From the NCBI RefSeq assembly GCF_036971445.1, contig NC_091469.1, positions 5,456,001-5,520,000 of the forward strand: a stretch of 64,000 nucleotides of DNA, in the 5' to 3' direction. The stretch comes from Narcine bancroftii. Its lineage: Eukaryota. Under the pieces are notes generated by a model. It worked only from the letters and a program-made list of their open reading frames with translations, ran no database searches and was not told the origin of the DNA. Positions 33,780 through 48,100 of this stretch are shown piece by piece. Each line of letters starts with the position of its first letter. Positions within the stretch are counted from its first letter, which is position 1. A program made the position numbers and the translations under genes.

Positions 33780-34360
33780 GTAATAGGAAACAAAATGCTT
33801 GGGATACTAGCAAGTTGGGTAACATCTTCGAGAAAGAAATAGTTGATGTTTCAGGTTGATCAGAGCTCCAAATGAAAGCTATCTTTAATATCTTTAAATT
33901 GCAGAGAGATGAAGCAAACAAAGGGAAGGTCTGTGCTAGGATATAGACCAAGGCTGTGCAGGTGACCTCATTCCATCAGTGCTAAGAAAGGAAAAAGAAT
34001 AATCATAGCTGTCTTTTGGAGGAAAGTAATTGCTGGTGATGAGTGACAGTAATAGAGACAAAAATATGTTGAAACTATGCAATATGATTCAGAAAGGCAT
34101 GTGTGGAGAGAGCAAAACTGAGTTAATGTTACTGGTGGATGAGCTTGCATCAAGATTGGGGAGTACTTGCACATAACAAAGACAGATAATCTGATATTGT
34201 TGAATTCAATATTGATTCAAAAGGTTTGCAGTGTGCCCAGCAGGATAATGAGGTTCTATTCCTTAAGATTACATTAGGCTTTATTGGAATGGTGCAAGGC
34301 TGAGATGATTGAGAACAAAAGTGGCAAGCACCACCCTTGTGGACTGAATGAAGGTGTTCT
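33780..34360 (-). mobile_element. Decayed Penelope-like fragment
   Basis: Diverged pseudo-LTR and GIY-YIG terminus resembling the other PLE copies. Confidence 0.5.
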
Positions 34361-34589
34361 CAAAAATTAAAAAAATCCCAACATCTGTTATAAAACCACA
34401 GACTTCCCCAACCCCCTTGACTAATTTCCATCCACCCAGTCTTTTAAGGCTTCTATTTCATTTTTCCACTTTTTTCATCTCATCTGATCTCAGCCTCCAC
34501 ATCATTCAATAGGAATTTCCACCACATTTGATGCTTCCACCACCAGATTCATTTCTATTCCCCTTTTCATGCCACTTGAATGAACGAAA

Positions 34590-35070
34590 AGTCTATTGCC
34601 ATATACATAAGTGCTGTACAAATAAAATATCTAACTTGCATCAGCTTCCCAGATACATAGAACACACTAAGAACAATTTAAATAGCTGTATAACTAGCAC
34701 AAAAAAAGGAATAAATAAATATAGATTCGTAGTTGGCCAATTGTACGAAACAATGTACTGTCAGTGTGGATCCCTCTTTGGTAATCTTAATGTTATGGCT
34801 GGGTCGTACGGGAAAGTCAAGAGCCTGTTAGCTTTTGGGGGAAACACTGTTCTTGAATCTAGAAGCTTCTGTACCTTCTGCCTGAAGTTAGCAGCAAGCA
34901 AGGCCAGGTTTTTTATGATGTTGGTTGCCACCTTAAGGCAGTGCTTCATGTAGATATGTTTAGCGGTTATAGAGATTGATGCCCTTGATGAACTTGATTA
35001 TGTCTGCCACTTACTGCAGCCTTTTGCATCCCTGGGCATTTGCGCTTCAGAACCAGGTCATGATGCAATC
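34590..35070 (-). mobile_element. Decayed Rex1/Babar-like LINE 3' fragment
   Basis: HCLKVATNIIK-like peptide and 3' UTR homologous to the 54.2-55.1 kb copy. Confidence 0.55.
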
Positions 35071-36809
35071 ACTTTCCCATGCAATACCTGCTCCTCTGCT
35101 TCATTGCTTTCCCATCATCCAGGGACCCCAACTGTCCACGCAGTTAAAAAAGAAATTCACTGCCGATATAGTGTATTACATTAGGTGACCATTTGCAGAG
35201 CATCTCTTTTATTCTGCAATAACGATCCTGAGTTTCTCACTGCATATGGCCTTCATTATTCATTTCATTCTCATTTTGATCTGTCTTTGGTCTCTACACT
35301 ATTGTAATAAAGGGCATCATAAGCTTGAGTATCAGCATCCTATCCTTCATTGAGGCAAATGGCAGCCTTTGGGACTTGATATTGAATAAATAATTTAAAA
35401 TAATCAATGTTTTCTATTTTGTGTTCTAATACAAGGTCTACCTGCAACATTTTCAGTTTTGTTTGTTCATCTGTTGAGTATTTCTATAAATTCTTGATTT
35501 TATTTCAGATTCCTGTAGGGTGGTAGTTCAAAAAACTTGAATAGTTATCTATTATCCAGCAACAGATTATTCTGTGTAATGAACTGGACTTTAGGTTGTA
35601 ATCCACTGGATTTCAATGCAAGTCAACCTTTAAATGAGATAAAGATGATGCTGGTCATTGATAAGGATAACTAGAAGTACTGCCATTGATCAAGATCTCT
35701 AAGGCTGATGGTTTAAGAGGATATTGGATGAGTCGAAGAGAACTGGAAAGGTCAGCTGGCTGAGATTATGGTCCAGTGGAAAGCCTCCAGATCCTAATGC
35801 CTTTTGGAATTCATAAATAATACACTTAGACTTATGCCTGTCCACTGTTTTAATCACATCAAAAAAAAATCAGTTTCATCAGGTATATTCTACTCTTTAT
35901 AAATGTATTTTGGCTGTCTCTCATTAGCTGACCTGTTAGGCTAATGCCTTATGTTCTATTATCTACCACTTTTAAATAATGATCTGTGCAATTTTCAAAT
36001 TTAAGAGTGATTCCTGAATTGAAAGAACTTTGCTCTTTTCTTCATTTTTCATCTCCAAATATTTCTGGGAAGGAAGCTGTCTGGTAGTGGAGATGATCTA
36101 TAGTGAATAAAATTTTGTAATTTCTGTGGTTTTGGTTCCAGTAGTTTTGATGAATTTGCATTCCTGTTGCAGGATGTTATGCATGCTACTCTCTACTGCA
36201 AATACTGACAATAATTATTCATTGTGTCCTCTATCTCCTTTTCATTAAAAGTCTCAGTTTTCACTAGACACACATTACTCCTGACCATCTTTTTTTTAAT
36301 CTAATGTTAAAACATTGTTTTTGGTGACTTGTGCAATTTGTTTTTATATTCTGTTGTAGCTCCTGCAATCTGTTTTTGCTGTTCTTTATATGTCTCTGAG
36401 TTGTCAAAATCTGTGCAACCATTTGCAATTTTATCTGCCATTTATTTTAGTCTTGTTTTTCTCTTTCGTCATCTATGGCCTCTTAAGTCTGTGCTGTCAT
36501 TGAATAAGATTGTGGCAAATCTTCTACATCAGTTTAACCTTTGAATCCTATTCCTATGTCCCTTGATTTATTTCATAAAATGGCTTATTGTTTTACTAGC
36601 AATATCCTATGGTGCAAGGTTATCCCACCTTTTCTACTTTAAAGTATATTGAACTTTGGGTAGTTTGTTGAGGTTTCTGTCCAAAATAATACCACACTTT
36701 ACTTTGCTACAGTTTATACATGAGAGATTTATTTGTCATTTCCCTTCCCCACTAACAGGCATCTAGTTTTACTTCAATTTCCACCTGATTTGAGTTGGAA
36801 CTCTGCATT

Positions 36810-36971
36810 ATGACAGCCGAAGTCATTGGTGATGATGATGGATTCTACTCTAGAGCTAAGAAATACTGGAAGAATATCCCACCAACAGTGGATGGCATGT
36901 TGGGAGGTTATGGGCATATCTCCAGCATTGACATCAATTCCTCCAAGAAATTTCTACTGCAGTTTATTGAG
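36810..36971 (+). CDS. NTMT1: NTMT1 coding exon 1 (exon starts at 36759)
   Basis: Acceptor ACTAACAG ending 36758; ATG at 36810 gives MTAEVIGDDDGFYSRAKKYW...; donor GAG|GTGAGT. Confidence 0.95.
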
Positions 36972-39900
36972 GTGAGTCTCCATACTTTTTTCAAAAATTT
37001 ATACCTGTCAATCACCATTTCCCACTTTTTAACCTATTCCACAACAATCTTCCCACACAAACAAAAATTAAATTAACTTTTGACTTTCATGATTACAGAC
37101 CAGCCTCAATATGTCTAATTTTGACAAATCATTTTGACAACATGGTAGATTTAAATTGCCCCTGGGAAAATATCAGTCCTCATAGTAATGGAAATGATAT
37201 AATCATTTGTCTCAAACACAGCCAACATCATAATGGATCCTTATCACCCAGGTCACAATCTCTTGTTGCTGCCTTCAGGAAGAAGATGGAGAACCCTGAA
37301 GTCTAGGACCTCTTGGTTTAAGAACAGTTTTTTTTCCCCCAACAGCTATCAGGATCTTGAGCATCCACATACGATCCTAACTCTAACCATAAATTACTCT
37401 GGGACCACCAAAAGATCTGTGTGCACTATTGAAATATCACTTTTTTCTATCTTCAACTACAACTGCAGCTATTTATTTATATATCCTTTGAGATTTATTA
37501 TCTTTTTTTCTGTCTTGGCATATTTTGGTAATTTATATTATCGCTGGTGTATCTTTCGTACTTATGTGCTGCACCAAGTAAGAATTTCAGTGCATCTATA
37601 CTACTGAATATGATAATAAAATCTCATCACAACTGAATAGAGTTTTTACTTTGGACATCATCAAAATAATTGTGGTCAATGTTTATAGACTTGAAACTTC
37701 TTTTGAAGTTTCAGATGCACAAATTACAATTTAATATCTTCTATGAATCAGTATATTTATCACCAAAATATTGCAAGGAAGATAAAAGCTGGAAGAACTA
37801 GATCAACCAAGCAGTGTCTGTAGAGGGAGAAACCAGTCAATGTTTTAAGTCAGTACCTTCCTTTACTGGGGCAGAGCAAAGAGTTTACAGTTTATAGGGA
37901 GCATGAATATTGACCATTAGCAAAACATTTTAAAAATACAAAGTGAGAAAGGAACATAAACGTGATTATGGGAAATGATGTCGAGGAGAACCCATTGTGA
38001 ACTTTGATGTGACAGAACCAATCATTTAACCATTTTATTTAAAAAGAAAGATTGCCTACTTAGTAAATTTATATGCAAAAATGTAACCTGGTTTCCAAAA
38101 TTTCAGCATTGACTATGCTTCTGCTGTGTGCTTCCAACATTTTTTTGTTCAATGCTGTGAACATTGCTTGCTGCAACCCCAAAATCAGTAGAGAGCCATG
38201 GATACCATGCTTCTGGAATGTAAAATGTCCTGCAGTTCTGCTGCTAGTTCAAGCTGTTTTTCCTTCTCAAAAGGAAGGATCTGGGAAGGCAGGAACAAGC
38301 TGTGCGCTGGACTGTGGTGCTGGAATCGGCAGGATCACCAAGCGACTGCTGCTGCCCTTGTTTAAAGTTGTTGACATGGTGGACGTGACCGAGGATTTCC
38401 TAGCCAAGGCCAAGACTCACCTGGGGGAGGAGGGAAAGCGTGTAGACAACTACTTCTGCTGTGGTCTACAAGACTTCATCCCACAACCCCAACGATACGA
38501 CGTCATCTGGATCCAGTGGGTGATTGGTATGTTATTTAGGGATGGTGTTATAGGAGGAAAATTGAACCCAGAGTTGGTATCCCATTTTAAGTTTACAGTT
38601 GGCCTCCCCCCTGATAATGGTTGAAGCAGAGGGCAAGCACATCTGTGTAGGAATGGTTGGGCGGATTGAAATGACATGCTACAGGAAGCTCAAGTGCAGA
38701 TCCACAAACAGAGGATAGTCCTTCGACGAAGCAGTCACCAATTTGTTGCCTGGCAGGTTTATTTGTGGCCCTGGGGAGGTGGGGGTAATGTAGGTTCAGG
38801 TTTTGCACTTTCTACAATTACAGTGGGAATTGTCTAAGGGGGTGGAAAGGTGGGTGGGGAGGGATGAGTGGACTAGAGAAACTTGCCAAGAGTTGTTTCT
38901 ACCAAAAAAAGGATAGTGGTGGGGAGGAATAAGATGCCCCTGGCAGGGGATCAAGCTGAAATTGGAAGAAGTATTGGAGAATAATGTATCAGATGCAAAG
39001 ACTAAAGGCTCTTTGTCCTTGTTCTGCTTGGAAGGAGGTGGACAAGGGCAGAAATACAAGAAATAAGAGGACTACTGGCTTTATCAGTGGCAGTAAAGGG
39101 GAATCCATATTCATCAAAAAAAAGACTTGAATGTCCTGGAGTGGAAGCCCTCAACCTGGGAACAGATGTAGTGGAGGAATTGGGTGGCATCCTTACAAGA
39201 GACAGGGTGGCAAAAGATATAATTCAAGTAGCTATGAGAGTTGATAAGTTTGTAATAGATGTCTGAATAGTTTGTCCCTCAGATGGAGACAGAGCTCAAG
39301 GAAAGGAGGGAGGTGTCAGAAAAAGTCCAGGTAAATTTAAAGGATGGATAGCAAAGGCTGCGAGTTAATAAAATTGCCTAGTCCTGCACAGATATGAGGG
39401 ATAACCTGCGCTCACCTATCCCCTCCCCCTCCACCTCAAACACCAGGTCTGCCACCTCCTTCGTGTCCCAGAAATAGAACACATTTGTGGCACCGCCATG
39501 TTGGTCCATCAAAATAAACAGCCCCTGGACCTGACACAGGAAATTTTTATATTTATATATATTTTTCTTTATTTTTAAAAAATTTACACTTTTTTTTGGT
39601 CATATGTATGGATGGTCATAAGTCACATAGATCATAAGTAGGGGACCACCTGTGTGGTTTTATGTCAGTGGTGGCACTGCAGTATCTTCACTAATGAAAA
39701 CACCATTGAAATGTAACCATGTAGGGCAGTTGGAAAAGTAGAGAAATAATTGGCTGTAAAGGGAGAATTTCTCTGCAATACTGATTAAGATGCTAATATT
39801 TCTTTAATGAATATGGGGATCGTATTCAATTGTTAGCACTATTGCTTCTGAACCAGAAGTTTGACAGTATCCCACTCCAGAGACCAACTTATTTTACTGT

Positions 39901-41981
39901 GACAATTCATAAATGGGAATATTCCATTATCAGAAATGCTGTCTTGCAAATAAAATAATAAACCAGAATCCAATCTATTTAAAGATGCTATATCACTGTT
40001 TTTCTCACCAATATTGTATCTTGATCTATGCTAAGATACAGGTTTCCTGGCTAATGTTGGTGCTATTTTTGGGAACTGTCTGTGTATCAGTTAACCTTGA
40101 TGTTAACTTTGTAATATCCTGAGATTGTGAAAGGCGTATTATAAATAGACTTTTTAATATACTATATAGAAAACCTGGCACTTCTCTGACCACAAAGCGG
40201 CAGCTTTCACTGTATACCTAGGCATTTGTGTCTCATCACACTAGATGTTTTTTTTATCTGAGCCGCAACTGTTCAGTTCTTGGCATTTAAAACATTCATA
40301 TTTAAAACGATAGGTTGCTTACAACCTCCAAACATCAAATGCCATTGGATATTTCTGCAAACAATCTGAAGCTTGTGGTTTATTTCATATAGCAACTGCT
40401 GTATTTGCAGGAGTTTGCTTTTATTTTGTATTCCCAGGATCTGCTGTTTTTACTTACTAACTTGCAATTGTAGTGCAATTAAGGACAATCAAAATAGCTT
40501 CACTAAGAGACAATACCTTATTTTTTTCTGATCCCTTGGCCAGTGTGGAGTTTGTTCAAGAAATTTGCAGCTAAATGAGGAGAGGTGGAGATAGCAAGTT
40601 CTTTTACATTCAGCAGGAGGTGATGAGTAGAATGTAGCTGATTTGTGAACGCATGGAGCAGGTGCTGACTATATCCATTCTGGCCAAGATGACGACCTGA
40701 GCCCTTCATTTCGGTGAGTGACCATGCTGTTTGCCTTGGGTCACTCAGCACCATCCCTCACAGCCTCTTCACATCAAGCTGTGGGCACTTCATTGCTTAA
40801 AGAGCACCAGATGAGATTACGTACCGTGTTCCTAGCACAGAAATGAATAGCCGAGGGAGAGAAGTTTGTGCTATGTTCCTGGAAGCCAGATGCCTGGCAA
40901 AGCAGTGTGCAACATTGGGAAGGGTGGGAGTTCGCAGTCGGTTCCTCCCACAGAGAAGCATGTGTGGATGTTTTTAAAAAAAAAAATATATGCTGGATAC
41001 TGCAATAATTCACTGCTCTGCAGGTTGGAGCTAAGCAAGATACTTGTGTACATTGTCTGACTATATGCATCACACCTTAAGGATGTCAACATCCTGATGA
41101 AAGTGCTAAAGTGATTTGCTGGAATGGTACCAGGATGAAAAGTTTTAATTTGTGTAGCAAAAATGGAGATGCACAGGTGGTTCTTGCTGTAGGAAAGGAT
41201 AAGGAGAAAGTTTAAAAGAAGATTGTAGTTGCAGAAATACCTTTAATCAGAGGCACAAATTCAGCTTAATTTCCAAAAGAACACTGCCATGATTTTGGAA
41301 TACAGAATTTAATAACTTTCAAAATGGAATTTAATCAATGATATGATACAAGAGTTGCAGGCCTGTGGTAATGAGCATGAGGAGGTGGGACAAATGGCCA
41401 CTTTTTGTGCCAAAATTGAATTGTTTATTCTTTCTTGTACCAAGATACAGTAAAAAGCTTTGTTTTGCCTGCTGTCCAAGTGAGTCAACTCATCCAGCAA
41501 ATAGTGCACTAAAAACAAGTAATTGAACAAAAGTGTATAGAGTAGTTTTGCAACAGGACAAAAGGTGCAGGATACGGTGCAGCAAGAACATAGTGCAATA
41601 TGTTCATTCATGCAAGAATATAGTATGATTATAACTGTGTGAATATAGGCCAGGGTATAAATCATTACAATGCACTCTTTGCAACTTTCTCTGTAACTTC
41701 TAGTATCTCTTGGGCTTGTTGCAGGGCACCTGACTGACGACCACCTTATCCAGTTCCTCAAGAGATGCCAGAAAGGTCTTCGTCCAAATGGAATCATCTG
41801 TGTGAAGGACAACGTGAGCCAGGAGGGTGTGATTGAGGATGAAGTAGACAGTAGCGTCTGCCGGGACCTGGGCACTCTGCACACCATTGTGCAGCTGGCA
41901 GGACTCCAGGTGTTAGCAGAGGAGAAGCAGGATGACTTCCCTGATGAGATTTATCAGGTGTACAGTCTGGCTTTGAGGTGA
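36810..41981 (+). CDS. NTMT1: N-terminal Xaa-Pro-Lys N-methyltransferase 1; spliced CDS join(36810..36971,38274..38526,41725..41981), 672 nt, 223 aa
   Basis: GT-AG introns with consistent phases. Motifs YWKNIPPTVDGMLGGYGHISSIDI, SAM-binding LDCGAGIGR, WIQWVIGHLTD, KDN, DEVDSSVCR and C-terminal DEIYQVYSLALR; same length as human NTMT1 as I recall it. Confidence 0.97.
37215..37622 (+). mobile_element. Rex1/Babar-like LINE 3' fragment
   Basis: DPYHPGHNL...LPSGRR...SRTSWFKNSFF peptide and a 3' UTR shared with 54.8-55.1 kb. Confidence 0.7.
38274..38526 (+). CDS. NTMT1: NTMT1 coding exon 2
   Basis: Acceptor TTCTCAAAAG; translates EGSGKAGTSCALDCGAGIGRITKRLLLPLF...WIQWVI; donor G|GTATGT; 253 nt. 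Confidence 0.95.
38590..39390 (-). mobile_element. Decayed Penelope-like fragment in NTMT1 intron
   Basis: IGDCFVE..., PVACHFN... and KDKEPLVF peptides on the minus strand, as in the 31-kb copy. Confidence 0.65.
39400..39652. mobile_element. Possible TcMar/Tigger-like terminal fragment
   Basis: Ends ...CATAAGTAGGGGACCACCTG, resembling a Tigger-type TIR; the other end was not seen. Confidence 0.35.
41725..41981 (+). CDS. NTMT1: NTMT1 last coding exon
   Basis: Acceptor TTGCAG; translates GHLTDDHLIQFLKRCQKGLRPNGIICVKDN...ALR then TGA. Missed by the ORF track on this strand. Confidence 0.96.
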
Positions 41982-42091
41982 AGCTAACCTTATCCATGGG
42001 TAGGGGAATGGGTTGGTAAAGGGGTACAGCATGTTATGGGGAGGGGAAAAGTAAAAATGGCACACGTCTCTGGGACTTTAGGTTTAATTGA

Positions 42092-42179
42092 AATAAAGCA
42101 CAGCAAGGAGACTGCAGATTGAATTTGACTTTATTTCTGAAAGGCATCACCCAAGAGAATGAATCTGATGATCAATAAA
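42092..42179 (+). terminator. Candidate NTMT1 polyadenylation signals
   Basis: AATAAA at 42092 and 42174, 110-200 nt after the stop; a further AATAAA near 42624. Which one is used is unknown. Confidence 0.4.
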
Positions 42180-45100
42180 CTAAGATGCTGAGAGCTTCAG
42201 AAGAATATTGACCATAGCTGGAGTCTGAATAGCTGCAAGAAATAACACATTGTTTCTTCGAAACAGTTTCCAAAGAAGAAGAGAAAGAATATTGGATTCC
42301 ATTTGGCACCTACAATGAGTGGGAATGAGAAAGAAAGCTTTGCTTGTGTTTTGAGAGCAGCAATCTATTTCAGGATGAGAGCCTGAAATCCGGCTTCTAC
42401 ATTTGACTGTGTAATAATGACTGAACTTCAAAGTAATTAATATTTTCTCTCTCACTTTCACTTGCTCCTTCCCTTACCTCACCCAAAACAGCCCTCCTTC
42501 ACCTTCATCTGCCTTGACCATGTGGTATTTCATATTAGGAAAGGTCTATTGACCCATAGTGAGATGCAAGAAATGTCTTTTCATTTTCAGACAATGCAGA
42601 TCATCAGATATCATAATTTATTGAATAAATTATTTTTGTGTGAAGTCTTTGCATTTTGTTGTTGAGAAGAATTGCCTTTTTGGCACAACACTATTGGTGA
42701 CAGCATGTCAAGAATTCTCTTTTCAGTACTTGCCTGTAGTTAGGTATTTTTCTCTTCTGTATAGCTTGTTGGTATTTCGTCTCATCACCAATTCCATAAG
42801 TATTAAACAAGCTTGTCTCAACTTTAACCAGAGACATTAAGCCTTACTTCACAGTGCCAAAGCAGTCCTGAAGGGGTGCTGCTTTCTTAGACACGCATTA
42901 TATAGTCCAAGAACTTATTTGTTTTGTCATTTAGACACTGTTAGAAGATTCCTTGGTCACTATTGACTCTATTATAATGCTCAGATACTTTGGTCAAAGG
43001 TTTATCCCATATACTGCATCTTATGGAGTCAAGGTTCCCTTTCTCAAGTTTGTTCCAGGGCCAAAACAAATGAATAGATTAATTATAAATCAATGCATTC
43101 TAACTTGCACAAAAATCCTATAGCATTATTTTTATTTCTTAGGAGTTTCCTGTGGTATCCTGGATAATTAATTCTTCAAATTGAGTGGTTCAGTTAAGTG
43201 GATCTAGGGGAAATCTGATTCTCATTGTAGAACACTATATTGTGCTTGAAGAGGGTTGAAAATTCTAAAAAATAAATCTGTACAATGTATGAGATCTTGG
43301 AGCTTAACTAACAATATTGTGGAAGTACCTTCACTACATGGTATTTCACTTAAAATTACAGGCTGTTTAGAGATGAAGCACTTTGTCCAAATTGCAGTAA
43401 ATGTCACCAACCATCAAGATCCGTGATGAGAATTTGGAAAAAGTAGCGTATTTTCTTAATTTTTAATTGAAGGCAGAACATGATGAACCACTAACACAGT
43501 CCTCAGCGCCTGAGGATGAAGACCAAGACCGTAAAGCCAACATGAAGATCATAAATTACCAAAGAGCAATGATGTTCTCTGCTCCCACCCACCCCAGAGG
43601 TGAGGACAAGGTAAATACCTTAATGTGTTTCAGAAAATTCTTGATATTTTGGGAAACAAGTGAACCAATGTCATGCATTCTTCAGGCATGGATTGAGATA
43701 TAGATAAAAATTGATCAATTCCATTTAGCTGAGCTATATTTTATGTATGCCCGATGTTAGGAATCTGGTGTGCATTCAGTACTTAATGGTGCTGCCATGG
43801 CAAGTGATCTCCAGAAAAACAGAACATTTCAAGGACTTTCTCAAAATTTCCTGGAAAAATGCATCAAGTTGCTGTCTGAAGTCTAATGAAACTAGAAGGA
43901 AAGCACTTAGGAAGGCATTGAGCATTTTGGGACACCAAAGCAAGTAGAAGGCATTGATAGAGATGTGCAATAACAAAAGCCACTTCCCCATGTATCATCT
44001 GCACTATGTGTGACAAAGATCTGATGTGGGACTTGGCAGCCACTCAGGACCTACTGAACTCAAATTGATCTTGAGGGACAGGAGTGAAAATCTCTATAAC
44101 CATATAACAATTACAGCACAGAAACAGGCCACTTTGGCCCTTCTAGTCTGCACTGATCCAAGTCTTCCATAAATTAATGGATCCTGGCATTTATGCCTGA
44201 GATTGATAGATTTTTGGGGGGAGGTGGGGGTTAAACTACCAGGAAATACGGAGCAATTAAAGTTGAAGGACAGATTAAACTATGAGCTAATAAATTGACA
44301 GAAGAGACTTGTGTAGCTGAATGCCCTACTATGTCTTCTATGTGATTTACTCATTCTTGTTGCTTGAAGTTTGCTGCATTTATTGCCCACATCTCTTGAG
44401 AAGGTATTGGTAGGTCTTTCTTGACTAATGGAATCTTTCCAAACCAATTCTGGTACCACCAGCCTGTGTATTGGTCTGAAAAATCCATGGTATTGGCCCA
44501 GTGTTGAAGAGGCATTGATGTATGTCCAAACTAGGTCCTTTTGTAACAATTGATTAATGAAGGTTCTATAATGTTGGTGCACTAGTTGGGCCACAGTGTT
44601 ATTTTGGTGATAGAAATAACAATAAAAGTCAGTAATAAACAAAAATTAAATTATCCAAAATTTCTAATGCATTTCCTGGTTTAAATTGGCCAATACTCTT
44701 GCAGTATCTTTATTTTATTAGTCACACCTTTATGTTCAAATGCTTCTATTATCTCATCCTTATGGTTCTCCAATACTGGATTCTTGTACCTTTCTTATTA
44801 TCATCTCTACTATTGGTGACCCTCCTGCTGCCAGCTCTGGAATTCTATTCCACACCCCTATTCATATTTATGACCTGCTTGAAGCCCATTGCATTGACCA
44901 AATTTTTGGTATCTGTGCTAATTATCTGTCTTATCTACATAATGTGATCATGCTCACATGAAGAATCTTGAAACAATTTTTATCATGTTTAGAGGCCTTA
45001 TGGAAATACAATTTATTTTGAGATGCTCACTACCCATAATTGTTAACTCCTTTAAAATATATAGGCAGGCTCAACTTTTTTTTAAAAGCTTGAAATCTTT

Positions 45101-48100
45101 GAAAAAAATGCGGTCTATTTCACTGGTTCTGTTTCTCATTTCCTGGCTGAATTTTTAGTTGATTGAACAATAGACTATTTTTAAAACCTGAGACTGGTCC
45201 AGAGCACCATTGAGTGGTTTTTGAGGATGAAGATTATGCTTCTCTGTCCCAGAGTTGAGATGGACAACTATTTTTGTTTAGATTGCAATGTTTTTCATTT
45301 TAAGTGAATCATTTCTGCATTTTAAGTGATTCATCTCTGCACTTTCATCTGATTTTTACCTTGTGCTATTCAAACTATTAAGAAAATGGTTGAAAGTAAT
45401 TTTATGTGCACAATTAAAGTGACTTAATCCAGCTGTTCATGCCAATGACTTGAAAAAGATAATGGACAGAGTTTGTGTCAAGGGAGAGTTCTCGGATAGA
45501 TTAAGTTGGTGGGGAATAGGGGTGGACGCGATACTAATTGGAAACAGATGTGTAACATCTGCAAAAGAATTCTGGTCTTTTGCCAATTCAGTTTGGCATT
45601 GTGAAATCCAACCTTAGCATAACTCATTGAGTCTTTATTCCAACCAGACGTACCCGGGTAAATGCCCTACTGAGGTGATTCTAGAATTGGTAGGAGTCTC
45701 AACCATCATCATTTCCAGGCTCCTTTTCAAGTCAAATCATCCTGAATAGGATTTATTCCTGTCATTCCTTTATTGTGGCTTGGTTAAAATTATGGAAACT
45801 CCTACCTCCTGCATCTGACAGTGGGGTCACGTTCACTGCATGGACAGTAGTTAAGGCAGCTCACCATAAGGGGACTAAGAGTAAATTCCACCAATGCCGT
45901 TCAGACCTGTGCTTCAGCCTGTTGCTTTATTCCTCAATTCAGATAGCGCAGAATTCCAGCAATCCACTAATGTTACCACAGGAGGACAGTATTGCTCACC
46001 AGTATGACAGTCTCTGGCAGTCCTTTGCTCAACATAGTAACATCAGGAATAGGCCCTGAGGCCCCTCAAACCTACTCAACCATTGATTGATTAACATCAT
46101 ACTGGTCTCAGCTGCACTTCCCTGCATATTCTTATGCCCTTGATCTCCTTTAGTCCAAGATATCTGTCCAACTTGGCCTTGAATTCAATGATTCAATCTC
46201 CACCATTACCATTCTTTAGAGAATTCATGAACTGCTAAAAGTAGAATCTTCTCATTTTCATTTTAAATAGGCAAAAAGCTTATTTAGAAATTTGCCCTTG
46301 TTCTGGGTTTGCTGATGAAGGGGCATTTACCAAGCTTCCTCAGTCTTAAATGTTTTCAAAACATCTAAATTACTTTAAATGCTCAAACTGGCATTGTGCA
46401 ATACTAATGGCGACTCTTTGTCTGCCTCAAAGCGGATTATGTATGTTATGTATGTTACATTTTAATTCATTATTTACATGTTAATAAAAGGAACCTTGAA
46501 ATTTTCATCCTAATCCCTTCACCCCAGGAATCAACCCTGTGAACCTTCTCCAAACAGTCTCCCATGCATGTTATACTTTCATAAATAAGATCAAACTACA
46601 CCATACTTTGGATGTGCTCTCACCAAATGTCTTTTTTCAGTTCTAGTGTGACCACAGTAAAATCCCCGTTAGCCAGAATTCAAGCAACTGCAAAAAAAAT
46701 CACTGAAAATAAATAGGTTTAAAAAAAACGAAAGTTTAAAATTGGTGCGCCCTAGTGGTTAGTTCACCAATCATGCAACACAATCTCAAGCACTGATAAT
46801 GGGACACTCCTTCAGTCCTGCACTGAGTGTGTCATCTTAGATTCTTTGCTTCAGTCTCAAGAATAATATTGAGTGTGACAAAGGGAGCAAGAATATGTGT
46901 GTGCAGACTTGATTGTGTATAACTGTGTTTCTGCTTTTGTTACAACCCTTTAGGACAATTACAGTTTTATTTGAATGCTGAATGTACTTGGCTGCTTCAA
47001 ATGACTATCCATGCAATGAAAGTTCTTCTCAAGGTACTTTTAAAAATGAATCTGTAAATCAAGAGTTTTTGGTTTTCCAAGTTCACAGGTTAAGGATTTG
47101 GTTACATTACTTGATCAATCAATGACTAGGTAATTTATTTCTGTTGTGTACTAAGTAGGAGATGAAGACTTGCAGCAGAAAAGGAGGCCACTCAGCTTAT
47201 CATATCTGTGCCCTTCCTTTGGAACAAAAACAATGAATGTCCTTTTCCCTGTTCTTGACATTGCTCATCCAATAGTGACAGGAAAAGCATTCAGCACCCA
47301 TTCCAGCAACTTATTCTAGAACATGACTCTGTATGGGGGAGGGGGAAGAGCTTTTCATTTCTTCCTTCCCAGATTGTACCACTTCAATTTTCAGACATTA
47401 AGCCATCTTTTTCTTGAGGTTCTGACTGATGTTTTATCTGTAAATCACTTTTATTGATCTATCTACTAGTGGAAAGAGTTTATCAAAATCCCTCTTGAAT
47501 TGGAAGTAAATCTGAACATTTAAAACAATTTACGGGCTTATTTTATGATTGGCTTTAACCCACCCAGACTGTGTCTCCAGTCTCCAGTCTCTGGCTTCAC
47601 ATGTGCCACATACTGAAACTATTAGAACCCTTAAGCTATTTGATTTCAACTCATTCTTTTAGGATACGTCAAGAATCCATAACAGAAAAAAAACTGTAAA
47701 CTCAGTGTTTGAGACCTTCCAGATTTAACCACTGACTTCACAAATGCAGCAGGGTTGGTCCTGATTTAGAAAGCTGTATTCTTACCTCAGTCAGAAGGTT
47801 ACAGGACAATCGTACACCAGGAACCTGAGTTGTTTAATCCAGCCTGATGCTATCCAGTTCACTGCTGAGGAAGCAAAACAGTACTGAAAGAATGCTGCTC
47901 TGTAAATTAGTTCTGTTTCTTTTTTTTAGATAAGATGTTAGACTGAGACATCACTTATTTTCTCGGGTGGGTATAAAGAGTTCTTTGGTATTTAACTAGG
48001 GCAATGGAATTCCTAATCAACGCAATTGTAATTTTAAAAAATCACCAAGTGTAGGAGGAGCTCATTGGGTCAGGCAGCATCCATGGAGGGATATGGATAG

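Noticed and set aside
38073-38273. Hydrophobic N-terminal extension of the NTMT1-containing track ORF (signal-peptide-like)
   Set aside because: Intronic read-through upstream of the acceptor at 38273; the spliced model already gives a full 223-aa protein.
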